This document shows, one piece after another, positions 41,759-49,344 of a stretch of DNA of 64,000 nt. The first letter of the stretch is position 1; every line of letters begins with the position of its first letter. Made by a program: the position numbers and the translations under genes. This stretch comes from a virus (Duplodnaviria; Caudoviricetes): the IMG/VR virus record IMGVR_UViG_3300028886_000045; one strand, given 5' to 3'. The notes beneath the pieces are model-generated. The model worked only from the letters and a program-made list of their open reading frames with translations. It was not told where the DNA came from and searched no databases.

Positions 41759-42427
41759 CTACAATTTTTTCAGATAATCGTAAACCTCATCTATCGCGGA
41801 AACGACCTTTTGGGTCTTTTCCTTATCCATTGCCATATCGTCACGCATATATATACGCTTGTTTAACTCAATCATAAAAGATAGATACTGCTTGCTACAT
41901 TGTGGGGTTAGGGAGTTTCCGTAAGGCGTATTAACGCCCACCTTGAAACCATGCTTTCTGAAAATGTCACAAACTGAATCTATAATATTTTCATTCGGCT
42001 TGCTCCAATCGTCATTATACCCAATACACACATCCACATCGCTCAACTCCTTTGGGAATGAATGGCAATCTACCAATATAGGGTTTTCGGCTTCTGTCAG
42101 CGATTTGCTAATCTTTGCCAAATAATCCTTTCGCGCGTCCAAAAGAAACTTTCGCGTGCTGTTGTTTAGTGGTTTTCTTGTGGCTCTCCCCATATATTCG
42201 TATAGGATGCCTTGACCCATGCTTTCCATTATGTCATTTTCCAACCTTTCAACATCGCACACGAAACGCGACCAACCGCAAATGTGTGAAATGATGCCTA
42301 CCCTATCAAAAATGACATCGGTAAACCAATCAGTCCACACATTAACGTACTTTATTACTTCTTTACCCCAACCGAAAAGGAAAACGCCCTTATCGCTTGA
42401 ATGTGGTATATTCAGTATAATATCCAT
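41759..42427 (-). CDS. N-formylglutamate amidohydrolase family protein
   Basis: IPHSS, TDWFTD, SRFVCDVER, DCHSFP, CIG, N.PY, MIELNKR. Confidence 0.85.
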   Translation of the reverse strand: MDIILNIPHSSDKGVFLFGWGKEVIKYVNVWTDWFTDVIFDRVGIISHICGWSRFVCDVERLENDIMESMGQGILYEYMGRATRKPLNNSTRKFLLDARKDYLAKISKSLTEAENPILVDCHSFPKELSDVDVCIGYNDDWSKPNENIIDSVCDIFRKHGFKVGVNTPYGNSLTPQCSKQYLSFMIELNKRIYMRDDMAMDKEKTQKVVSAIDEVYDYLKKL

Positions 42428-42435
42428 TTCTTTGT

Positions 42436-43149
42436 TTAGCCTTTGCTACCCATTGCCCTTCTCGCGCCATTCGCGACACCACCGCTCCGCTCGTTTCTTA
42501 TTATTTCCGCTAACTTATCGTTTCGCGCGTTAATCAAGCGGTCATACGCGGGGTCTTCGTTCTTTTCGCCATAGGACTTATAGGTGTCCATTTTGAAATC
42601 CTCTTGCTTGGTGTTTCTTGCTTTTATCAAGGCACTTAAAGACTTTGGCAAAATCATCGCAACCACATTAGGCTCACCATCCCTTGCTTGGTTATACCCA
42701 GTGGGTTCAAAATGATGATTAAATGGTATATATCCGAAAGCCTTTGCACCAAATTTCGCATACATACTTGGTAAGTTGCTTTTGCCCGTCCCCTCGAAAC
42801 AATCCAAGGAACGACCTCCATTTGCAACCGCGTGCGCCATGATAGTAGCCATGCCACCTTTTACCCCCGAAACATTGTAAACCGAAACCACGTCCCTTCC
42901 GTGCAACGCATATCCGATTTTTCCGTCTTTAGACATAAAGCACCGATATTCGCTTTTGTTCGCATATTCTTTTTGTTCGTGAACATCTACCATCCACCTA
43001 TTCGCGCTTGGAATACTTGCTTTTGCCTTAGATATTGCGTTAAAGAAACGATTTCCGTTTGTTGGTGACAATTCTATATTTGCGTGTTCAATCCCCGCCT
43101 TTGTTAAGGCTTTGAGCACCGCCTTTCCACTTACCGACTTCTTTCTAAC
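42436..43149 (-). CDS. GNAT-like protein with C-terminal KG tag; proposed GTT start (237 aa)
   Basis: Frame open from GTT at 43149 (VRKKSVSGKAVLK) directly after TGA; GGAGG 8 nt upstream; DVVSVY..GG.SLDCF..LP.MY.KFG; ends ARRAMGSKG*. ORF track uses GTG 43119. Confidence 0.7.
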   Translation of the reverse strand, partial: VRKKSVSGKAVLKALTKAGIEHANIELSPTNGNRFFNAISKAKASIPSANRWMVDVHEQKEYANKSEYRCFMSKDGKIGYALHGRDVVSVYNVSGVKGGMATIMAHAVANGGRSLDCFEGTGKSNLPSMYAKFGAKAFGYIPFNHHFEPTGYNQARDGEPNVVAMILPKSLSALIKARNTKQEDFKMDTYKSYGEKNEDPAYDRLINARNDKLAEIIRNERSGGVANGARRAMGSKG

Positions 43150-43161
43150 TCAGCAACCCTC

Positions 43162-43359
43162 CTATTGACTTATGAAATCAGCATAGTCTTTTGGTGACAT
43201 CTTATCACCAATCGCAGTTCTGATTTCCCTATTGGAAACCGCCCCCATTTCATTCTCCAACTCCCTTTTGGTATAAACGGGCTTTCCGTTCTGTTGCATA
43301 GACTCCAACTCCTTTCTGAGTGCGTCCTTATACTTTTCAATCTGCTTTTCTGTTACCAT
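43162..43359 (-). CDS. small hypothetical protein
   Basis: 65 aa between ASCH gene and GTT gene; its TAG overlaps the GGAGG. Confidence 0.7.
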   Translation of the reverse strand: MVTEKQIEKYKDALRKELESMQQNGKPVYTKRELENEMGAVSNREIRTAIGDKMSPKDYADFISQ

Positions 43360-43371
43360 AACTTACACTTT

Positions 43372-43758
43372 TTACTTGTTTATATTTTCGACATCAAGCA
43401 CCGCGCCCAAATGATACCACACTTGACTTTCGTAGTATTCAATGCCGTTTTCTTCAAACGTAATATCGTTTCCGTTCTCGTCCACACAGATAACAAACTC
43501 CGCGCTTTCCACTTCCACCAACATACGCGGTGCGTTCTGTCTCCGTCCGTTTATCAGATACAACGCATCATATTCGCGTGGCTTGATTTCCGCGTCCTCA
43601 TCTTCCATTTCCGCAATATACTTGTTTGCATTGCTTGGATATATGTAGCGGTGCTCTACCTTTTGCCTACCTTGCATGATTTCAACGAAATTGTTTCTTG
43701 TAATCTGTAAGGTAAGCACTTTATGATTCTGTGCGTATTCTTTTACTTTTGCGTTCAT
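43372..43758 (-). CDS. ASCH-domain protein
   Basis: LTLQI..FVEIMQGRQKVEHR..YDALYLING..YHLG. Confidence 0.8.
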   Translation of the reverse strand: MNAKVKEYAQNHKVLTLQITRNNFVEIMQGRQKVEHRYIYPSNANKYIAEMEDEDAEIKPREYDALYLINGRRQNAPRMLVEVESAEFVICVDENGNDITFEENGIEYYESQVWYHLGAVLDVENINK

Positions 43759-43767
43759 ATTCTTTGT

Positions 43768-43846
43768 TTGTTACGACTTTTTAGGGGTTGTTACGACTTG
43801 TTACGAGGGTTGTTACGACACAAAACCGTAACAAAAATCGTTACGA
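43768..43846. repeat. cluster of six (T)TGTTACGA-like motifs
   Basis: Direct copies at 43768, 43788, 43798, 43810, 43838 (TCG variant); inverted CCGTAACAA at 43826. Confidence 0.8.
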
Positions 43847-43859
43847 CCCACCCCCTTTG

Positions 43860-43933
43860 TTGCGGATAAAGGACTCGAACCCTTGACCACTTGCAAGTTA
43901 AACAAGTATGCTAACCAACTGCACCAATCCGCG
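43860..43933 (-). tRNA. non-canonical tRNA: initiator-type acceptor stem, anticodon AAC, U37/U38
   Basis: CGCGGAT-TG-GTGC AGTTGGTTA GCAT-A-CTTGT TTAACTT GCAAG-TGGTC-AAGGG TTCGAGT CCTTT-ATCCGCA-A; promoter 43943..43974; CCA not encoded. Confidence 0.85.
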
Positions 43934-43989
43934 ATGTTGGTACAAAGGTACTAATTTTTTCGCGTCCTTACAAAGTTTTACCAACTTTT

Positions 43990-44424
43990 TTATTCACTTT
44001 GATATTCGTGCAAAGCATCCTCAACCATTTGCAAAGCCTTTCCGTGCTTCTTCTGCAAATCGGGGTACTTCACGCCACGCCTATAATTGTGAAGCAAATC
44101 ATTGTGCTTTACTTTCAATGCAAGCATATTGTGCGAATCTATGATTTTCTGAACGTAGTCAAAATATCCGATTTCCTTTTTTCTGTGGGTTAGCAATTTT
44201 AGGGCTTCAATGCAATCCTCAGATATGCCCAACACTCTTAAATCTTCACCGCACACGTTACAGTCTTCCATAACATCATGAAGAATGCCAACAACTTTCT
44301 CGTTGTAATTCTCACCCATCATGCCAACTGCCAAAGGATGCAGTATATAGGGCTTGTTATCCCTATCATACTGCCCTTCGTGCATTTTGCTTGCATATTC
44401 TATGACTTTGAATATTGATACCAT
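43990..44424 (-). CDS. HD-domain hydrolase, SpoT/Mesh1-like (small alarmone hydrolase type)
   Basis: HEGQ..PYILHP..V..LHDVMED..LLT..VK..D..HN. Confidence 0.9.
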   Translation of the reverse strand: MVSIFKVIEYASKMHEGQYDRDNKPYILHPLAVGMMGENYNEKVVGILHDVMEDCNVCGEDLRVLGISEDCIEALKLLTHRKKEIGYFDYVQKIIDSHNMLALKVKHNDLLHNYRRGVKYPDLQKKHGKALQMVEDALHEYQSE

Positions 44425-44426
44425 TT

Positions 44427-44645
44427 CTAACCGATTTTTACATTCTCGTACTCGTCCTTTGAAATCTCAACACCGTAGTTGTAGCAATCGCTTGCAACCT
44501 TAGAATTTGTGATTTCGATTTCATTGCCACCGCTTACCTTGCGCACACACTTGATATATCCCTTTGTCGTGTGCCAATAGTGGCAGTAAACCATTACGTT
44601 GTCCTCGTACTTTTTGTAAATCTCGTAAATAACATTCTTTTTCAT
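44427..44645 (-). CDS. small hypothetical protein
   Basis: Follows promoter 44686..44717; ends EISKDEYE. Confidence 0.65.
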   Translation of the reverse strand: MKKNVIYEIYKKYEDNVMVYCHYWHTTKGYIKCVRKVSGGNEIEITNSKVASDCYNYGVEISKDEYENVKIG

Positions 44646-44731
44646 ATCTTTGTCGTTTTATAAGGTTTATCTCCTAATTACACTACAAAGGTACAATATT
44701 TATTTGAAATTACCAAATTTCTTAACACTTT

Positions 44732-45430
44732 TTAAGAAAAAACTGAATAATACCTTCTTGACGCTTGCCTTACACCTTGTTTATTTCTGCGTCCCTTGGT
44801 TGTGCCACCGCGTGACTGCTCGTAGTACATATGACCCTCGCCCGCGTTATAACCCGTGGTTCGCTTTATATTAAGGTATTCGTCACGACCGAGTATCTTG
44901 GCAGCACGCGCAGGCGGTTCTTTGGCGTAAATCATCTTTGGCGTATTGACTTGTATCTCAGCCACGACCTTTCCAACCTTGACATTTACGATATTACCAC
45001 TATACCCATCGAATTTGTCTGCCGTTTGCACCTTTGTCCTTATGTGCCTACTATCCGCGCCCAAATCCCTCAGTATCTTAGGAATATCCGCTTTGTTCGC
45101 AACAATCGTTGTCCTTACGGCATCCTTGATGTCTGCGACCTTATCACCAGCCTTGACTTTCCTTTCAATCGAATCCTTACCCTTTAGGTTTATCGGTGTG
45201 ACCCTTGCGCCATACTTCTTAGCAATATCCACCGCCATACCTTGCACTTCACCGCTAACAGCCTTTGCCCTTGACATAAGGCTATCAATCGCGCGATTTA
45301 CTGCCTTTGGTAGTTGCACGTTGGCTTTGCCACTATTCAAGCCACCACCGCCACCGCCTTTCCTTGATGCTATCGACTCCATAAGGAACATACCATAGCA
45401 CTCATATTCTATTCTTTTCAGTATTTCCAT
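44732..45430 (-). CDS. RelA/SpoT-type small alarmone synthetase-like nucleotidyltransferase
   Basis: LK..SIERK, DAVRTTI, GYSG, EIQVNT, H.YYE; Gly6 tract near N-terminus. Confidence 0.8.
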   Translation of the reverse strand: MEILKRIEYECYGMFLMESIASRKGGGGGGLNSGKANVQLPKAVNRAIDSLMSRAKAVSGEVQGMAVDIAKKYGARVTPINLKGKDSIERKVKAGDKVADIKDAVRTTIVANKADIPKILRDLGADSRHIRTKVQTADKFDGYSGNIVNVKVGKVVAEIQVNTPKMIYAKEPPARAAKILGRDEYLNIKRTTGYNAGEGHMYYEQSRGGTTKGRRNKQGVRQASRRYYSVFS

Positions 45431-45524
45431 ATCGCTTTTGTATTTTTCTGCAAAAGTAATATTTTGAAATCTAAAAGCCTTGTTTTACAACCTCGTATTA
45501 TTCAATATTTTCATAATGAATATT

Positions 45525-46022
45525 TTATGATAGGTTTGTGTCTAATATTTCGTCTATGACAAAGAAGAATGCTTTTGGTCTTTCCGTTTCGCTTATCGTG
45601 CCTTTCCTTATGTCATCCTCAACAGCCTTTAGGCTTGAATCCATTTCGTGACAACCGTACTCGCTTTGCAGAAATCCCACATCATCCGCGTCAATAGTCA
45701 TATTTCCGTTATACGACACACTTACATCCAAATACCAAGTATTATTGTAGTTGTGAAAGTGTATCTTACCGACCTCCCTTTGCAAGTCCACCACGGAATA
45801 CACCTTTTCCTTATCATAGCCTTTCTTCACCATTTGCTCCGACCACTTGTAAACATCATCGTCTAAAAGCCTATCACAATAGAAATCGCTGTAATCCCTA
45901 AATTCAACATTCTTTTCCCCCTTGACTATGCGCATAGCCTCATCACGCTTCATTATCAGACTTAGCGTTTCTATTGGCTTTGCGTTTGGGGGTGTTGGTA
46001 ATTCTTTATTCTTCATATTCAT
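45525..46022 (-). CDS. ASCH-domain protein
   Basis: LSLIM..IVKGEKNVEFR..IHFHNYNNTW.LDV; paralog of 49819..50346. Confidence 0.8.
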   Translation of the reverse strand: MNMKNKELPTPPNAKPIETLSLIMKRDEAMRIVKGEKNVEFRDYSDFYCDRLLDDDVYKWSEQMVKKGYDKEKVYSVVDLQREVGKIHFHNYNNTWYLDVSVSYNGNMTIDADDVGFLQSEYGCHEMDSSLKAVEDDIRKGTISETERPKAFFFVIDEILDTNLS

Positions 46023-46852
46023 TCAATGTCTAACGCTTCTATAATCACTTGTGGGTCTATCACCATATTAGGGGTACACCTTATGCCTAACACTTCACAA
46101 AACGCTTCTTTCTGCGCTTGTGTCTTAAAGTCCAAGACTACATACCTATCCGCATTATCCAACAACTTTTCCCCTTCGTTCCTAACGTGTTCTTTCTGCG
46201 CCTTGACTTCTTCTTTCGTCATGTGTGGCTGTGCGTCCAAGCGTGATTGAAACTCCGCGTTGGTTTCTTCCACCTTTGGCAGTACCGTGACCGCTTCACG
46301 CCTTTGCGCTTGTGGCTCTGTCTTTTCCCTTACCTTTTCCGTTTCTTCTGTTTCCGTGGCTTGTTTCGGTGCAAAGGCATCCTCTATGGTTTCAATTTCC
46401 CCTAAATCGTCATTGTCGGTTTCATAGTCGCGCAAATCAAGTATTTGGTTATATTCTTCATCGGAAATGCCTATTTCCTTGTAGTCAATATCCTCAATGA
46501 TATTTGCCACCAAAGCATAATCCACCTTAGAATTAGCCATTGCCATAAACGAAAGTTGGTTTTTCTCCTCCTTCTCGTCCATTTCCACAACTTCCACCTT
46601 TATATCGTAATCGGTGTTTGGTGTCCCATCGTACTTCTGTATCAAATCAACAGACATTAGCCTTTTGTGACCATCTACCAAATTACCCGTCCGTCTGTTC
46701 CAAACCATACCGCCCAATAATCCGACCTTTCGGATATTCTTTACTTGCAGTTTGATTTGCTCATCGGAATGGTTCTTAATATTGCAAGGGTTCATGTTTA
46801 TCTGTGAACGCTTGACAACCAAAGTTTCGCTTCTGTTTATATCCTTTGCCAT
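46019..46852 (-). CDS. ParB/Srx-like protein (copy 2)
   Basis: NIKNHSDEQIKLQ..GG.VWN..TGNLVDGHKR. Confidence 0.85.
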   Translation of the reverse strand: MAKDINRSETLVVKRSQINMNPCNIKNHSDEQIKLQVKNIRKVGLLGGMVWNRRTGNLVDGHKRLMSVDLIQKYDGTPNTDYDIKVEVVEMDEKEEKNQLSFMAMANSKVDYALVANIIEDIDYKEIGISDEEYNQILDLRDYETDNDDLGEIETIEDAFAPKQATETEETEKVREKTEPQAQRREAVTVLPKVEETNAEFQSRLDAQPHMTKEEVKAQKEHVRNEGEKLLDNADRYVVLDFKTQAQKEAFCEVLGIRCTPNMVIDPQVIIEALDIE

Positions 46853-46853
46853 A

Positions 46854-47630
46854 TTACGTTTCCTCTTCTGTGTAAACCTTAACGCCTTTCATTCTTGATA
46901 GCCTTTTCAGTTCTTTTTCTGCTTCTTTCTGTGCTTTCCTTTCGGCTTCTTCTGCCTCCCATTTCGGTATGATAACGCGCGTTGCGGGAAACTGCGAATA
47001 TATCAATTCCAAATCATCGGGGAAATCCCTTTCCAAGAATTTCAAGTAATGATAATCTATAATATCATCACCACTTGTTACCTCTTTCTTATTCGACCAT
47101 TCGGGGGATTTTAGGCAATTTTCTGCTATATACTCCATGCAATCCCTATTCTTGTACGTTGAAAGCGGATAGAACATTTTACCCTTCCAACTTATAGCCA
47201 TTTTGCCATCTTTATAGGAACGTAGCATTAACCGCCTATTCAACGAGTCCGCTTGCTTGAATCCCACACAACACCATTCAATCCCTACCTTTTCCCTTAC
47301 CTTTCCCACTATCTCCGTAAACCGCCAATACCTTTGATTGGGATTTCCCCTCATGCCTTGGAATCCGTACTTTCTGTATGAAAACAGCGTGTAATGTGGT
47401 ACTTGTATCAATTCCACGTTTGGGTATCTTCGCTTTACGAAAAGAAAATAACGCCTTATATGGCGCATATTGGGTACTATATACATAAAGCACACCACTA
47501 CGCGCCTAAACTTAGGGTAAACCAAATCCATTAATACTATGCTGTCTTTCCCCGACATACTGTGCATCAGTATTATTTCATCCGTTTCCCTTGCTATATC
47601 GTCTATTATTTCTTTTGCCCTATCCAACAT
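46854..47630 (-). CDS. PAPS-reductase-like PP-loop protein (copy 2)
   Basis: HSMSGKDS, GFKQADSLNRR, YPLS. Confidence 0.85.
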   Translation of the reverse strand: MLDRAKEIIDDIARETDEIILMHSMSGKDSIVLMDLVYPKFRRVVVCFMYIVPNMRHIRRYFLFVKRRYPNVELIQVPHYTLFSYRKYGFQGMRGNPNQRYWRFTEIVGKVREKVGIEWCCVGFKQADSLNRRLMLRSYKDGKMAISWKGKMFYPLSTYKNRDCMEYIAENCLKSPEWSNKKEVTSGDDIIDYHYLKFLERDFPDDLELIYSQFPATRVIIPKWEAEEAERKAQKEAEKELKRLSRMKGVKVYTEEET

Positions 47631-47632
47631 TT

Positions 47633-48565
47633 CTACTCAAACATACTGAGGAACTTTGAGGCTTCAATTACCAAATTTGCCGTGTTGTTAAATCCAAACA
47701 TTTCACAAAAATGCTCCTTTTCTTCCATATTGGCAAAACTTATAACCACATATTTCTCCGCATCGTCTAACTGATTGGATGCGTGCACTTCACAATGTTT
47801 CTTTGCACCCTTGACCTCTTCTTTCGTCATGTGTGGCATTTCTTCGTGCATTTTCACAATTTCTTCGCTTGTCATTTCCCTACTTGGTAGTTCTGTGACT
47901 GCTTCCCTTTGCGGTGCTTGCTGTGGCATTTGCTGTGGTACTTGATACGTTTGTTCCCCACCGTCACCTTCTGACACCCCACTCGCTTGCATTGCGTCTG
48001 TCTGTGGTGTTTCCGTCTGTGGTGTTTCCGCTTGTGGTACTTCGTCTTTCGGCTGTTCTGTTGCCTTTGGCTTTGGTGCAAACGCATCTTCCATTGTAGC
48101 CATCATGCCAATGGTGCTTTCTTCGTAATCAGCCTCATATTCTTTCAAGTCCAAAATCTGCTCATATTCCTCTTCTGAAATGCCGACCTCCTTGTAGTCT
48201 ATATCGTCTATGATATGTGCAACAAGGTTGTAATCAGCCTTTGAATTTGCCAAAGCCATAAAAGCCAACTGCTCCTTTTCGGCTTTCGCGTCCAATTCGG
48301 TTACTTCGACCTTGATTTCATAATCGGTTTCGGGCGTGCCATCATACTTGTTAAGTATATCCAATGACTGAACGCGCCTATTTCCGTCTATGATATTCCC
48401 CGTTACCGAGTTAATCAGCACACCGCCAAAATATCCCTTTGTCCTAATGTTTTTGGCTTGCAACTTGATTTGCTCATCGGAATGGTTCTTAATATTGTAA
48501 GGTGTTAGGTTGATTTCCGACCTTTTAATTACCTTGGTTTCGCTTTTACTATAATTCTTTGCCAT
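47633..48565 (-). CDS. ParB/Srx-like protein (copy 1) with low-complexity linker
   Basis: NIKNHSDEQIKLQ..TGNIIDGNRR; PQ(A/T)ET repeats. Confidence 0.85.
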   Translation of the reverse strand: MAKNYSKSETKVIKRSEINLTPYNIKNHSDEQIKLQAKNIRTKGYFGGVLINSVTGNIIDGNRRVQSLDILNKYDGTPETDYEIKVEVTELDAKAEKEQLAFMALANSKADYNLVAHIIDDIDYKEVGISEEEYEQILDLKEYEADYEESTIGMMATMEDAFAPKPKATEQPKDEVPQAETPQTETPQTDAMQASGVSEGDGGEQTYQVPQQMPQQAPQREAVTELPSREMTSEEIVKMHEEMPHMTKEEVKGAKKHCEVHASNQLDDAEKYVVISFANMEEKEHFCEMFGFNNTANLVIEASKFLSMFE

Positions 48566-48568
48566 ATG

Positions 48569-49282
48569 CTAAGATTGTTTTTGCTCTTGTTTCATTTTAC
48601 TTTCTGTCTGACTGATAATAACGCACGTTGCAGGAAAAGCGTTGTATATCTTTTGCAAGTCGCTTGGAAAGTTCTGTTGCAGATACTTTAAGTAACTATA
48701 ATTCGTTATATCTACTCCGTTACTTTGAAATTTTCCGTTAGTGCTATACCTTTCGGGGTTCTTCAAATGGTTCTTTTCGATATAATCCAATACATCGCTA
48801 TTCTTGTAGGTTGAAAGCGGATAGCACATTTTGGTCTTCCAATTTATCGCTTCCTTTCCGTCCTTATAGGAACGTAGCATTAATCGCCTATTCAAAGAAT
48901 CCGACTGCTTGAAACCCAAAACACACCATTCTATGCCGAACCTTTCCCTCACCTTTCCTATGATTTCCGAAAGATTGTATTTCCTTTGTCTGCCATCGCC
49001 TACCGTACCCATAAAACCCTCTTTTCGGTACTGCATCAAGCCGTAGTGCGGAATCTGAACAAACTCGACATTTGGGTATTTCCTTTTCGTGTACGCATAG
49101 TATCGGTTTATGTGTGATAGGTTAGGAACAACGTACATATAGACACACAAAACCCTCTTGAAATGTGGGTAAACCAAATCCATTAACGCTATTGAATCTT
49201 TACCCGACATTGAATGCAACAGAATAACGCTATCCGTTTCCTTTGCAACGTCTTCAATAATTTCTTTTGCCCTATCTAACAT
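48569..49282 (-). CDS. PAPS-reductase-like PP-loop protein (copy 1)
   Basis: HSMSGKDS, GFKQSDSLNRR, YPLS. Confidence 0.85.
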   Translation of the reverse strand: MLDRAKEIIEDVAKETDSVILLHSMSGKDSIALMDLVYPHFKRVLCVYMYVVPNLSHINRYYAYTKRKYPNVEFVQIPHYGLMQYRKEGFMGTVGDGRQRKYNLSEIIGKVRERFGIEWCVLGFKQSDSLNRRLMLRSYKDGKEAINWKTKMCYPLSTYKNSDVLDYIEKNHLKNPERYSTNGKFQSNGVDITNYSYLKYLQQNFPSDLQKIYNAFPATCVIISQTESKMKQEQKQS

Positions 49283-49344
49283 TATTTTGCTATTGTGTAA
49301 ACCTATAAGGGATGGAATTTGTTAAACCCCATCCCTTTCGTTTC

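Noticed and set aside
43147-43164. Selenocysteine or stop readthrough (GGT-TGC-TGA) fusing 43162..43359 to the GNAT gene
   Set aside because: It would need readthrough of both TAG and TGA; no obvious SECIS or suppressor tRNA. GUU initiation is simpler, though readthrough is not formally excluded.
43860-43933. Ordinary tRNA-Val/Leu or decayed attP pseudo-tRNA
   Set aside because: All stems are intact, it has a dedicated promoter, no integrase is nearby, and the anomalies are confined to the anticodon loop and the 1:72 pair.
47985-48040. 15-bp tandem repeat (TGTGGTGTTTCCGTC) as a regulatory array
   Set aside because: It encodes the PQTET low-complexity linker within the ParB-like protein.
41027-49282. 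Sulfate-assimilation cysH auxiliary metabolic genes
   Set aside because: No ECGLH or Fe-S motifs and no other cys genes; always paired with ParB-like genes.
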